Virus record (IMG/VR): IMGVR_UViG_3300029788_000157
Direction: 5' to 3' (one strand)
Length of the DNA: 64,000 nucleotides
Source: a virus
The position numbers and the translations under genes were made by a program. Positions 1 through 10,191 of the stretch are shown one piece after another; within the stretch, counting starts at the first letter, position 1, and each line of letters starts with the position of its first letter. The notes below the pieces were generated by a model. That model was given only the letters and a program-made list of their open reading frames with translations. It searched no databases and was not told where the DNA came from.

Positions 1-392
1 GTGTTTTGCTAAAAAACTTAATGCAACATTTTGTTCGGAAACTTTTTGAGTTTTTATAGGTTTGGAATATTTGAAATCCAAACCAAGTATCTTATGCAAA
101 TATTTAACAGCTTCCAAAAAAGAAATGTTTTTATTATATTCCACTAATGTAATAATATCGGAGTTATCATCAAACTCTTTTTGTCTTGTCCAGTTGACAA
201 CATTTAGATATTGATTATTTTTTACATTTACAGCACCTACATTATCTCCATTATAGTTTGAACACGAATAAAACTCTTTATTATCATGATATTTGATGTT
301 TTTACATCCAATCTCATCTAATACAAATTCAATTTTCTGATTATCATAGATATATTTTTTCAATGAAATAGTATCCATTACACACCTCCGTA
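1..392 (-). CDS. N-terminal fragment of a CDS that continues past the window start; Cys/His-rich N-terminus (possible primase-type zinc-binding domain)
   Basis: Minus-strand frame opens at the ATG at 392 and stays open to position 1. It sits directly upstream of the DnaB-like helicase. It is absent from the ORF track because it is truncated. Confidence 0.3.
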
Positions 393-1892
393 TTAGAATC
401 CATCGGGTGAAATATTCGTAATACCAACCTCATTGATAATATTCCTTGATTTATCATGTTCTGCAACTATCTGAAATTGGTTTGCTGCTCCTTCCTGATT
501 CTTCACAATAAAAAATACTTGGTATCGTTTATTTTTATCCAGTTTGACAGGTATTTTAGATTTCCCATTTTTACCTTCCAATCTGTAAACTTTTAACGCT
601 CTCTTTTCATCTGTATATTCATCTTCAAAAACATCTCGAATCATAATACAGGTAGATGCTACATCGACAATATTCTTTGCAAGTCCAATATTATTTTGTG
701 TATAATACCTCATTACTGAACTTCCCTTTTCCAACTGGAAGGTAATTAAGATATGTACATTTAAAGCTTCCTGTTTTACAGTATCTTTAATGTCTACCAT
801 AGCCTGTTGCATTTCCAACCATGAATTTCCGCTTACTTTTCCAGCATCCATTTTGAAAGTATCAAGAACAAAATATTTAACACCCATTGCCACATATTTT
901 CTGATTTCTTTAATTGCTTTTGCTGTTTGATATTGGACAAAAGGAATAACAGTAATCATATGATTCTGAGTTTTTTCTTCAAGCCAATCTGCTGCCTTAT
1001 GAAGCATTGCTTTAACATCAGGTGCGTACTTACCATCTCTAACAACGTGCTTCTGAATATCATATTTGAAAATATTATTACAAATCCAAACCAACATTTC
1101 TCTCTGCCATTTTGCAAGAGAATCCTCATTAACCATAATTACTATTTTTTCATTTAATTCAATGATACTTGGAATTGTAGTAGAACGTGCTACTGTTGAT
1201 TTACCAGCGTTAGATACACCACCCAACAAAGTAATTGACCCCATATATTGACCGCCTGTTTCTTTACTCAAAATCGGCATATCATGATATGGTAAACCAA
1301 TGGCAATTCCAGCATCTAATTTTTCAATTAAATCATGAATTTTATAACAAATATCATATGATTTTACATCACTATCAATATTGGCAAAAGTATGATTCAA
1401 ATAAGCAGAATACTCATTGTAAATATCTTCAGCGGTCATATCTGCATAATCAGAAAGTCTTTCTTTTACTGGAAATCCTTTTTTACATAACTGAATAACT
1501 GCTTTCCATTTTCTAAGCTCCTGAATATATCCCTGTAAGTTTTCTACCTTTATGTATTCCATAGCAGACCTTATGGTGTCATACTCTCCATATTCAGTAT
1601 ATTTTGCCTTCAATTTGGGATGTTTCTCTAGGTAAACTCCAATAGTAATATCATCAAGGGCATTTTTCTTTTCTGTCAAAATAATCTCATGAGCTATTTC
1701 AAAGTAAACTCTCCAGACATTGTTTGAGAAATCATCAATAGTAAGATTTGTATTATAAATCTCATCAGGACTTTTATATAAAATACTCACGACATTTGCT
1801 TCTGAAGCAATCTTATATTCCAAAACCTTTTTGGCAGCATCAATTGTTTCCTGTTCAAATGCAGTAAGTTTTACTTGATTCTTCTCTGCCAT
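393..1892 (-). CDS. dnaB: DnaB-family replicative DNA helicase
   Basis: 499 aa with Walker A GGVSNAGKST, a DnaB-like N-terminal domain and a RecA-like C-terminal domain. Confidence 0.85.
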   Translation of the reverse strand: MAEKNQVKLTAFEQETIDAAKKVLEYKIASEANVVSILYKSPDEIYNTNLTIDDFSNNVWRVYFEIAHEIILTEKKNALDDITIGVYLEKHPKLKAKYTEYGEYDTIRSAMEYIKVENLQGYIQELRKWKAVIQLCKKGFPVKERLSDYADMTAEDIYNEYSAYLNHTFANIDSDVKSYDICYKIHDLIEKLDAGIAIGLPYHDMPILSKETGGQYMGSITLLGGVSNAGKSTVARSTTIPSIIELNEKIVIMVNEDSLAKWQREMLVWICNNIFKYDIQKHVVRDGKYAPDVKAMLHKAADWLEEKTQNHMITVIPFVQYQTAKAIKEIRKYVAMGVKYFVLDTFKMDAGKVSGNSWLEMQQAMVDIKDTVKQEALNVHILITFQLEKGSSVMRYYTQNNIGLAKNIVDVASTCIMIRDVFEDEYTDEKRALKVYRLEGKNGKSKIPVKLDKNKRYQVFFIVKNQEGAANQFQIVAEHDKSRNIINEVGITNISPDGF

Positions 1893-1902
1893 AACTTACC
1901 TC

Positions 1903-2403
1903 CTACCATAACTCTTCTAAATTACTTGAAGTTTCTTTAGTTTTACGTTGGTAGGAAGCACCTGTATGTGTCGCAGTTTTAACATCCATTGTCTGAGTCT
2001 TTTCCTCTGCTTTAACCGCATTTTTCATTCGTGTATAAACTGTATTGAGATTAGACTCCACAATCTTTAGCACATAATTGAATCGGTGTCTTTCATCTCT
2101 AAATGAATTACTACGCAATCCCCTCTGAATATCTAATGAGCAATACTTAAATGTATTTAATACTGTTTTATAGGAGTAACTTGCAGTATCCTGAATGTGA
2201 TTGTTCTCCATAAATTTATTACTCAGTAGCCCTTTTAATCTCAATACCATTTCTGACGAAAGAGATTGATTCTGGTCATATCCCATAACCTCTGTTCTGA
2301 CATATTCATACAGTTCATCCCAGTCAGCTTTTTCTTGTTTTGACATATGTTTTCGTGTTGTTCTTGCCATAATTATTACTCCTATTTTTGAAATTTCCCC
2401 CAC
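1903..2403 (-). CDS. hypothetical protein (replication module, possible helicase partner)
   Basis: 166-aa ORF directly downstream of the helicase with no recognisable motif. Confidence 0.4.
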   Translation of the reverse strand: MGEISKIGVIIMARTTRKHMSKQEKADWDELYEYVRTEVMGYDQNQSLSSEMVLRLKGLLSNKFMENNHIQDTASYSYKTVLNTFKYCSLDIQRGLRSNSFRDERHRFNYVLKIVESNLNTVYTRMKNAVKAEEKTQTMDVKTATHTGASYQRKTKETSSNLEELW

Positions 2404-2437
2404 GTAAAACGTGAGGGATTTATATTAATTGCAAATC

Positions 2438-3640
2438 TTATTTAAGGGTAAAAGCAAGAATCTTCTTAGCATCTTCAACAGAAGTAATTTCTTTCGGATT
2501 TGCATATCCCATTGATTTAACCTCGTCCATAATAGGCTTAATTACTGTAAGGTCAGATTTATGGGCTGTAAAGAAATCAACAATCTGAGCAATAATTTCA
2601 TCAAGCTCTTTTTCTGTTTTATGCTGCTCTTCCATAGCTGCAACCTTTTCCTCTTTTTTACTTTCAATAGCTGCCTGTTCAGCCTTTGTTTCTTCAAGAG
2701 ACTTGCCAGATTTAGACTGTTCAGCTAAAATAGCATCTGTAATTGCTTTAATGAACTCATCTGGGTCAAGATTAATCTCTGGTACAATATCAGCAAAACG
2801 AGAACCAGAATCTACTGCATAATTATCATCTCTGAATTTAATCTTTCTCTTTTCGTCTTTGACAACATTCTTAACCTCTTCCTTATTGGTAACAATATTT
2901 TTCTTACCTGTTTTCTCTTTCGCAATTGTTCTATCAATATATGCAAGACCAAGGAAATGAAGGTTTTTCTTGAGGGCATTGAAATAATTCTGCTGCTGGT
3001 CAGATGTAAGTGTCTGATAAGTTTCTCCTGAAACAACATCTGTTACATCTTTTGTCTTTACGTGACCAATAACAAATGTCTCAACTCCTACTTTCTTTAA
3101 TTCGGCTTTCATATTGAACATAAGCTCAATAGCCTTCTTTTCTCCTTTACCAAATCCACCCCAAGCAGCATTGATACTCTTTGTACACTTTTCAGGATGC
3201 TGATTTTCTCTACATTCTTTATTCCAAAGACGAATAGCTTCCTGTTCTGCAATAGTGATAAGCTGGTCATATGTATCCCAAACAACTACTTTAAGAGCTG
3301 CATATTCTGTTGATTTGTTTTCAATAATATCTTCACATACATCTGCAAAACCAGCAGAGTTTGTAAGCTCATCAAATTCCATATTCCATTCAGGGCAGTT
3401 TACATGGTTAATACCTTCAATTGCATCTGCACCTCTCTCCTGTCCTAACTCTAAGAACATATATCCATCTTCGCCTACAAGCTTTTCACATACCTGTCTT
3501 ACCAGAGTTGTTTTTCCGACTTTCGCTTCACCTAACAGGCAGCTAGAATATGATAAAGGGTCTAAGTTTACATGATTTTTTCTTCCGAATTTAGCCATTT
3601 CGAATCCTCCAATTTTATTTAATATAAGAGGAGAGAGCAT
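2438..3640 (-). CDS. P-loop ATPase, phage AAA_24/Sak4-like family
   Basis: Walker A GEAKVGKTT near the N-terminus; SD GAGGAGGG sits 6 nt before the ATG; motif A lies just upstream. Confidence 0.6.
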   Translation of the reverse strand: MLSPLILNKIGGFEMAKFGRKNHVNLDPLSYSSCLLGEAKVGKTTLVRQVCEKLVGEDGYMFLELGQERGADAIEGINHVNCPEWNMEFDELTNSAGFADVCEDIIENKSTEYAALKVVVWDTYDQLITIAEQEAIRLWNKECRENQHPEKCTKSINAAWGGFGKGEKKAIELMFNMKAELKKVGVETFVIGHVKTKDVTDVVSGETYQTLTSDQQQNYFNALKKNLHFLGLAYIDRTIAKEKTGKKNIVTNKEEVKNVVKDEKRKIKFRDDNYAVDSGSRFADIVPEINLDPDEFIKAITDAILAEQSKSGKSLEETKAEQAAIESKKEEKVAAMEEQHKTEKELDEIIAQIVDFFTAHKSDLTVIKPIMDEVKSMGYANPKEITSVEDAKKILAFTLK

Positions 3641-3657
3641 ATATCCCTCCTCTGTTA

Positions 3658-3680
3658 ATGTATAACCTTAATAGTTATAC
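3658..3680 (-). promoter_or_regulatory. motif A (gene-strand consensus AACTATTAAGGTTATACA), 14 nt upstream of the SD/ATG of the ATPase gene
   Basis: tgtataaccttaatagttatac on the plus strand. Confidence 0.45.
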
Positions 3681-3686
3681 TGTATT

Positions 3687-4880
3687 TTAAAGATTGTTAA
3701 GCCAATCCATATCTGCTGAAGAACCACCATCTGTTGTTGCAGATGTATCTGCTTCAGGTGCGTTCATAGCATTTTCTACATTCTGCTCTATTGTTTCATT
3801 AAGATAATCAAGAATTAAATCATCTTCCTGATATTTCTCTTCAAATTTCTGTACAACTGGAATCTTATCATCACCAGTCAGTTTAACCATTGGTCTACGA
3901 AGAATCATTCTCTGTTCTCTACCGCCATTAGATGAACATTTTGCAAGAGCTTCCTCTTCAGTAAATACCCCACAAGCAATCAGGTCTTTAATATCTTCTG
4001 GAATATCGTCCAGAGTAGCCTTCACTGTAGCACCACCTTCAATAAATTCTCCTTCAAATGTAACCTGATTAATTCCTTTCTTAACCTTAAACAGCTTTTC
4101 CATAATTGTTGTACACTGTTTCTGATTAGAAATATCAGGAAACTCATACTCAAACTGTTTATTGTAAGGATACTGACCTTTAATTTCGACCCCATTAAGC
4201 TCTTTCAGATAATCAAGTACGATGCCATCCACATACATAACACCCTTATCCTTATCGTAATTATCTTTCAGATTTGCAGAATCCTTATTAAGCAGTACAG
4301 ACTGTGTAAATCTTGCTGCATACTTGGAAACATCATCGGCTTTGCTAAGTACAATACTTGTAACATTCTTTCTGACCTGAACCTTATCCTGATAACTTGA
4401 ATATTTAAGAACACCCTTAACATTTACTACCATACCATCTTCCAAATGCTCTTTGATATATGCGATTGCATCATAAGGGGCAAGGAATTTCTTATAGAAT
4501 GTACTTCCTTTATCAGTCTTTTCAAGTCCTACAGTTAAAAATGATAAATCACCAACTGTCTCAAGAATCTCATCATTAAATCTATCTTCCCAAGCAACCT
4601 GAATCTGTGTCTCAAAATCATCAGAACCATCTTCTTTTTTGCCATGAGCATAAATTAATCCAGCCTGTTCCTCAGAATAACCGCCCATCATTTCACAAAA
4701 TACTGTTCCAAACTTCTCACCACAATCAATACCAAGATTTAACAGATTGTAAATCCAAGAAGATTTCTCACTCTTCTCATCAATCTTGAAAGTATGCTCA
4801 GTAATTTTGGCAGCTCCAATCAGATTAAAACTTGATACCCAGTCACTTTTTTTGATAACTTTCTTTGTAGTATTTGACAT
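3687..4880 (-). CDS. hypothetical protein of replication/recombination module (possible ssDNA-binding/annealing protein by position)
   Basis: 397-aa ORF between the ATPase and a small basic protein; no clear catalytic motif. Confidence 0.45.
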   Translation of the reverse strand: MSNTTKKVIKKSDWVSSFNLIGAAKITEHTFKIDEKSEKSSWIYNLLNLGIDCGEKFGTVFCEMMGGYSEEQAGLIYAHGKKEDGSDDFETQIQVAWEDRFNDEILETVGDLSFLTVGLEKTDKGSTFYKKFLAPYDAIAYIKEHLEDGMVVNVKGVLKYSSYQDKVQVRKNVTSIVLSKADDVSKYAARFTQSVLLNKDSANLKDNYDKDKGVMYVDGIVLDYLKELNGVEIKGQYPYNKQFEYEFPDISNQKQCTTIMEKLFKVKKGINQVTFEGEFIEGGATVKATLDDIPEDIKDLIACGVFTEEEALAKCSSNGGREQRMILRRPMVKLTGDDKIPVVQKFEEKYQEDDLILDYLNETIEQNVENAMNAPEADTSATTDGGSSADMDWLNNL

Positions 4881-4903
4881 TGTATGTCCTCCTTTAAATT
4901 GAT

Positions 4904-5188
4904 TTATTCTGTAACTGCATTATCAGTCTGAGCCTTCTTTTCTTTAAGCCCTGTTAAAAATGACTTCATTGCTCTTAACTGACGTACAATTAACTTACCA
5001 TTGTCATTGTGACGCTTTTTCTTATTAGATGCTTTTCTGGTAACAACTGTATTGCCCTTCATATCTACAGTTTCAACTCTTTTTGAGTGAACCTTATCCC
5101 ACTCTGCTTTAAAATTCTTTGTGTTTCCATTCTTGCGATAACACTGGTTACGAATTACTTCTCTCTGAAGTTTTCTAAGACTACTCAT
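4904..5188 (-). CDS. small basic protein
   Basis: 94 aa, K/R-rich, preceded by motif A and an SD. Confidence 0.4.
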   Translation of the reverse strand: MSSLRKLQREVIRNQCYRKNGNTKNFKAEWDKVHSKRVETVDMKGNTVVTRKASNKKKRHNDNGKLIVRQLRAMKSFLTGLKEKKAQTDNAVTE

Positions 5189-5218
5189 ATTGTCTTACCT
5201 CTCTTTCTTTTATTTGAT

Positions 5219-5238
5219 GTATAACCTTAATAGCTTAC
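5219..5238 (-). promoter_or_regulatory. motif A
   Basis: tgtataaccttaatagctta; a TATAAT-like hexamer lies ~10 nt upstream in the gene direction. Confidence 0.45.
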
Positions 5239-5297
5239 AATATTATTATACGAGAATTACTTTATTTTTAGGAACTACTTTTTCAAGAAATTTTTAT

Positions 5298-5723
5298 TTA
5301 TTTTAAATAAAAATTTGCTACGTGTTCTACCAATTCTCGCATTGAATCACATATACGTGTACTACATTCTACCAACCAAGGATGTAATTTATTACCGTCC
5401 TTATTTAATGCAATAACAGGTATATGATATTCTTTAGCTATCATCAATTCCATAGCAGTACCAATACTTTTAGGGTTATTAAAATTAACCACCACTAAAT
5501 CTGCTTTTCTAAGCCATGCCAATTCAAATTCCATAGCTTCTCTTTCAGATTTATGTTCTGTTGTTGTTGGAGAATAATATTCTGGTGGGCTAAAAAATAT
5601 TGGCTTTTTGATAATATCATAATCACCATATAATAATGCATTTTTAACTTGATTTCTCCATTTTAACTGTTCTTCTAATGTATAGCCAGACATTCCACCA
5701 GCCATATAAATACGCACATCCAT
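5298..5723 (-). CDS. nucleoside 2-deoxyribosyltransferase-like (Rossmann) protein
   Basis: 141 aa starting MDVRIYMAGGMSG; spacing of conserved E/D residues is typical of the PF05014-like fold; ATGA-type overlap with nadM. Confidence 0.5.
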   Translation of the reverse strand: MDVRIYMAGGMSGYTLEEQLKWRNQVKNALLYGDYDIIKKPIFFSPPEYYSPTTTEHKSEREAMEFELAWLRKADLVVVNFNNPKSIGTAMELMIAKEYHIPVIALNKDGNKLHPWLVECSTRICDSMRELVEHVANFYLK

Positions 5724-6319
5724 TACATATCACCTCTCATTTGTTGATAAAATGGTACTGTCATAAGCTCTGCACGAATTTCATCATACATTTTATGAAG
5801 TCTAGGATTTACCCAACGCATCCATTCTTTACGATTATCCTTAACCATATATTCTCTAATCTGAGTAGCGGAAATTGGGATTCTTCCTCTATTAACAATT
5901 AACTGAGACATATCTATAATGTCCTCTGCTGCAAACCATCTGGTTCTTTCTTCATCATTTCCAGAAATCATTAATTCTGGAACTTTATAAATATATCTAT
6001 CAGCATTTCCGAGAAGATATTTACCCCAATCTGGTGTAATATCATTTTCATTTGTCAAATCTGCTAATCCATATATCATAATATTTGAATTGTCACCATA
6101 GATTTCTTTGAGCATTTTGGTTCTAGTATTGATATTCAAAGGATTTCGTTCTGTGCCACATTCTTGAGCAGAACCAATCAAAATCAATACTCTATCACAA
6201 AGTTCTAATCCTGTTTTAACCAATGATTCATGTCCTTTGTGAAAAGTCTGAAATCTACCACAAATCATTCCAACATCATATGGTTTCATATTTCCTCCTT
6301 TAGACAACATATTATCCAA
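5723..6319 (-). CDS. nadM: nicotinamide/nicotinate mononucleotide adenylyltransferase (NadM type)
   Basis: ICGRFQTFHKGH matches the (H/T)xGH nucleotidyltransferase motif; NadM-like size; true start probably the internal MKPYDVG. Confidence 0.7.
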   Translation of the reverse strand: MDNMLSKGGNMKPYDVGMICGRFQTFHKGHESLVKTGLELCDRVLILIGSAQECGTERNPLNINTRTKMLKEIYGDNSNIMIYGLADLTNENDITPDWGKYLLGNADRYIYKVPELMISGNDEERTRWFAAEDIIDMSQLIVNRGRIPISATQIREYMVKDNRKEWMRWVNPRLHKMYDEIRAELMTVPFYQQMRGDM

Positions 6320-6362
6320 AATACGTTAAAATAGGCATTTTTAGACAATATGTTATCCATTA

Positions 6363-6674
6363 TTATTTTCTATTATATCCTAAATCTTGATGCCACTGGC
6401 ACAAATCAAGTAACCATTTAGGAGCTTCTTTCCCTGAATCTTTATAGTAACGCTCTATTTGTTGCGGTCTGGCAATTAATTTGGTGATAAGTTTTCCAGT
6501 ATGATAATTATGTATTAGAATCAATCCTGTATCTGTAATCGAATGTACTTCTAACCCATCCTTATGTCCTTTATCAACTATAAATCCATCAATCATATAT
6601 CCATCACCATTGATAACCTTATTTATTAAGCGTTCTCTTTTATATCTTTGCTTATCATAATGTTTGCTGACCAT
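6363..6674 (-). CDS. hypothetical protein
   Basis: 103-aa ORF. Confidence 0.4.
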   Translation of the reverse strand: MVSKHYDKQRYKRERLINKVINGDGYMIDGFIVDKGHKDGLEVHSITDTGLILIHNYHTGKLITKLIARPQQIERYYKDSGKEAPKWLLDLCQWHQDLGYNRK

Positions 6675-7068
6675 CCTCTTTATCCTCCTGTGAATCAGGA
6701 ATCAACTCAGGATTGTCAAAAATATTACCTACAACTTCTATATTATTCAGACAAATTTCTTTACCTAAAGGATACCATTTATGCTCTGTATAATCCAAAA
6801 ATACATATGCACCATAATCTGAAGAATATGAAATTAAACCAACCATACCCGATTGAATTGCTTTACATATATCTCCCTCAAATATCAACTGTTTATTTTT
6901 ATCCAACAAACCTGTGTCAATTTGATATACATATCTATTCTCTGGTATAAGAGATAAAGTCATATTACCTAAAAGGTTCTTTTTTGCTAAATATAAATCG
7001 TTGTTAGGAGCAAGATAAATATTCTCTTTTACCCATGTAGTTTCCTTTTTGTCATATACTCTATACAT
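6655..7068 (-). CDS. YopX family protein
   Basis: C-terminal GNIFDNPELIP motif typical of SPbeta YopX; start placed at the internal MYRVYDKK to avoid a 70-nt overlap with pnkp. Confidence 0.55.
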   Translation of the reverse strand: MYRVYDKKETTWVKENIYLAPNNDLYLAKKNLLGNMTLSLIPENRYVYQIDTGLLDKNKQLIFEGDICKAIQSGMVGLISYSSDYGAYVFLDYTEHKWYPLGKEICLNNIEVVGNIFDNPELIPDSQEDKEDGQQTL

Positions 7069-9304
7069 TTGCTTCCTCCTGTTCTGCTTTCCATAAGTAA
7101 AATTTCTTTCGGAGATTACAAATATTGGCATATGATTTTGCAGCTTCTTTTTCTTCTGGAGTCATATTTAAGAAAGTTGATTTACACCATCCTAAAAATT
7201 CATTTTCTTCTCTCGTTAATAAACTGCCTGTCCATTTGTAATTACCATATCGTAAAACAGATTGTGCTACTCCTCTTAACTTTTTCCAATACTTATAATA
7301 AAAGAGTTTAAGCTTTGTCATATATCCTACAGAATCTTCTATTACAAATCCCTCTATATCATTACCTTTGTATTTATATCCTTCTGCTGTTACTTCGTTG
7401 TACCAAGCATAAAAATCTTCCCATGATTCAATTACAAATGCCTTTTCTTTTACCTTGATACCTAATTTAGTTGCTAATTGGAATAATTCATCATAAGGCA
7501 ATTTCTCAAACTTCATTTGATTTTTCACTACATCCAATAAAACAACTTTACTTTCTGGATATTCAATAATATGTGGGTCATTTTCCATATCACAACATTC
7601 AAAAACAAATGATACATTATTCTCTTTGATATAATCTTTAATTTTATTCATGGTATCAGTTCCATAAAAGCGATATAAAGCCTGTCTTAAATATTCAGAA
7701 AAGCAGCCTGTAGGTGTTGATTTACTTGTAATTAGCAAATCATCTGATTCTGGATTCCAACCAACAATACCCAAAAATCCATTCTCTTTTACATAAGTTG
7801 TAACTGGGAAATGTAATTTATATTTAAGATTTCCAATTCTAGTTTCAGGTCTTTCATTAATATTAAAGAACTTATCGTATGCTCTGGCTACAATTTTATA
7901 ATCCTGTGTATCAATATAAAGTCCTCTAGCTTTATTCGTAATGGAATCCCATACACCATTTTCAAAAGCCTGTCTTGTGAAATTAAAAGAAGATACTCTA
8001 CCAAATTCTTTTTCAAAAATATATTTGTTCTGTCTTAATTCTGAAACAAAAGAATATACATCAACATCTACATTTTTTGCCATTTCTGATTCTTCAATCT
8101 GTTTTGTTGGTTCTTTAAAAACAGTATTCTGGATTTCAATAGGATATAATTTATCTTCAGTAATCTGAAGAACCCTCAGACATCCACCAAATTCAATTTC
8201 GCCTTCTAAGTTAAAAGTTCTTTCGGTTGTCTGCATAGGTGATTTGACAATATTTCTATGACCATGAATCTGATACATATTATGCGGTGTATTGTCAACA
8301 AATGATTTATCTACAATATCAGCATCCGCATATCTGCCAACACCTTTTATCATCTGTTCTGTTGCAACTTTTAACAAATTATCGTCAGGGAAATTGCTAA
8401 TACCACCATGCGTTACAATAAAAGTTTTTCCTCGATATATAAAATAGCAACACTGATTTAATCTTCGATAAAATTCTCGTACTCTTTTCTGAGATACACC
8501 AGCCTTTACTAACTGTGGCTTTGTCACAAATTCAAATTCTTTTGAACGAGAAATCAGATTATTCGCCCACATCCATAACCATCTCTCATGATTACCTTCA
8601 AGAAAAATAACATTTGGTAATTTACTTAACTCACACAAATAGTTTATTGTTTCTGCATTTTCAATACCTCTATCAATATAATCTCCACAGAATATATAAA
8701 ATTCATCTTCTTTAATATTTTCATTAGAATCCATATACTCTTTAAGAGCTGTATAACATCCATGAATATCACCAAAAACATGAATTTTGTTATACTGGGA
8801 TAAATCCATTGGACGATACCAGATTCTATCTAATTCCTCTGGTTTTAATACAGTAATACCAGATGGAATCTGCTGGGTTTCAAAACGAGAATACATTTTA
8901 TCAATAACTTCTTCAGGAACTCGTTTAAGTGTCTCTCTCTCTGCGTTTCTTCGCTTAGTTTCCTCAATTGGAATATCAGTCATATCAATACAGTAAATTC
9001 TATAACGATAATTTTCAGCCAAATCTTTATACTGATTCATTTCAGATGTCTTTGAATTTGTAGCATCAATCACTGTAAATTCACCATTCTGCATACGTGT
9101 TTCCAATATACGAAACAATGTGTTCCATACAGTTTTTTCATTATTTCCAGAGATAACACATTCTCCATTTATGTCCAATACTGGACTCTGACAAAGCAAA
9201 CGAATATCATCTGCTGATAAAGCATAAGGTTTTAATCCATGCTTTTCAATAAATGTACTTTTGCCACATCCAGCACTACCACGCATAAGTAACAATGCTC
9301 TCAT
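7061..9304 (-). CDS. pnkp: polynucleotide kinase-phosphatase with C-terminal ligase-like nucleotidyltransferase domain (Pnkp-type RNA repair enzyme)
   Basis: N-terminal P-loop MRGSAGCGKST; metallophosphatase motifs GDIHGC, GDYIDRG, GNHE; C-terminal KENG (KxNG motif I of ligases/adenylyltransferases). Confidence 0.65.
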   Translation of the reverse strand: MRALLLMRGSAGCGKSTFIEKHGLKPYALSADDIRLLCQSPVLDINGECVISGNNEKTVWNTLFRILETRMQNGEFTVIDATNSKTSEMNQYKDLAENYRYRIYCIDMTDIPIEETKRRNAERETLKRVPEEVIDKMYSRFETQQIPSGITVLKPEELDRIWYRPMDLSQYNKIHVFGDIHGCYTALKEYMDSNENIKEDEFYIFCGDYIDRGIENAETINYLCELSKLPNVIFLEGNHERWLWMWANNLISRSKEFEFVTKPQLVKAGVSQKRVREFYRRLNQCCYFIYRGKTFIVTHGGISNFPDDNLLKVATEQMIKGVGRYADADIVDKSFVDNTPHNMYQIHGHRNIVKSPMQTTERTFNLEGEIEFGGCLRVLQITEDKLYPIEIQNTVFKEPTKQIEESEMAKNVDVDVYSFVSELRQNKYIFEKEFGRVSSFNFTRQAFENGVWDSITNKARGLYIDTQDYKIVARAYDKFFNINERPETRIGNLKYKLHFPVTTYVKENGFLGIVGWNPESDDLLITSKSTPTGCFSEYLRQALYRFYGTDTMNKIKDYIKENNVSFVFECCDMENDPHIIEYPESKVVLLDVVKNQMKFEKLPYDELFQLATKLGIKVKEKAFVIESWEDFYAWYNEVTAEGYKYKGNDIEGFVIEDSVGYMTKLKLFYYKYWKKLRGVAQSVLRYGNYKWTGSLLTREENEFLGWCKSTFLNMTPEEKEAAKSYANICNLRKKFYLWKAEQEEANV

Positions 9305-9321
9305 ATATAACCTCCTTGTGA

Positions 9322-9340
9322 TGTATAACCTTAATTGTTA
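9322..9340 (-). promoter_or_regulatory. motif A upstream of pnkp
   Basis: tgtataaccttaattgtta. Confidence 0.45.
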
Positions 9341-9801
9341 AGTAATCTATCAACAACCTGATTGATTAATCTGCTGTCTGCTTTTCCTTTTAATTTCGGC
9401 ATAATATTTTTCATAACCATCCCTTTAATCTTTGGACTGATTTTTACATTGACTCCTGTAAGCTCAATAAGTTCACTCTCAATATATTTTTCAAGCTCAT
9501 TTTCAGTCATTTGAGTAGGTAAATATCCACTTAAAATTCCAATTTTAAGTGTAGTAGAAGCATACAAATCAGTATTTTCCTTGCCCTTTAAAGCATCTTT
9601 TGTCTGATTGAGCTGTTTAACCTCTTTCTGAATTGCCTGAAGAATAACATCATCAGGAATATCTTCAGTAACATTGGTCGGATTCTTTTCTTTTACAATA
9701 GCTTTCGCTTTATCGACTACCATCTTTAACACATCTCTTTTCTCTGTGTCTTTGTTCTTCATAGCAGTCTTAATCTCTTCTTTAATCTGTAAATATAACA
9801 T
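9331..9801 (-). CDS. GatB/YqeY domain protein
   Basis: 156 aa with an overall YqeY-like pattern. Confidence 0.5.
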   Translation of the reverse strand: MLYLQIKEEIKTAMKNKDTEKRDVLKMVVDKAKAIVKEKNPTNVTEDIPDDVILQAIQKEVKQLNQTKDALKGKENTDLYASTTLKIGILSGYLPTQMTENELEKYIESELIELTGVNVKISPKIKGMVMKNIMPKLKGKADSRLINQVVDRLLNN

Positions 9802-10191
9802 TTACTCTCCTCCTTCAATTAACTTTGTTATCTGAGAAATCAAATTTAATACACTTGATTTATCTCCACTGAATAACTCACCAGTTGTTTTTATCTGGTA
9901 TTCCCACTCATCAGCATCTACTTTTTTAACTGGATAGCCACTATATACAACTGTACCAACTGGAATAATTCCTTCTGCTCTTGAGTTTGAATATTGATAT
10001 GCTTTTGTTAATATTTTCAAATGTTTTTGACAACCATTTGCATAGAGTCTTGAATTAGTTTTATTAACAAATACATAAGCATATCTAAATCCTTCAGCAT
10101 CTACAATATATTTGAATTTATTGACTATCAACAACACACCATCTTTTATTCGATATATGTCTTGATAATCACATTGGCAAACTACTTCCAT
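9802..10191 (-). CDS. hypothetical protein
   Basis: 129-aa ORF. Confidence 0.4.
   Translation of the reverse strand: MEVVCQCDYQDIYRIKDGVLLIVNKFKYIVDAEGFRYAYVFVNKTNSRLYANGCQKHLKILTKAYQYSNSRAEGIIPVGTVVYSGYPVKKVDADEWEYQIKTTGELFSGDKSSVLNLISQITKLIEGGE

Noticed and set aside
3255-3575. Short antisense/overlapping ORFs from the six-frame track (for example 3255..3575 +, 927..1157 +, 24363..24677 +, 25930..26307 +)
   Set aside because: They are fully embedded antisense within well-supported longer genes, lack an SD and have low-complexity composition.
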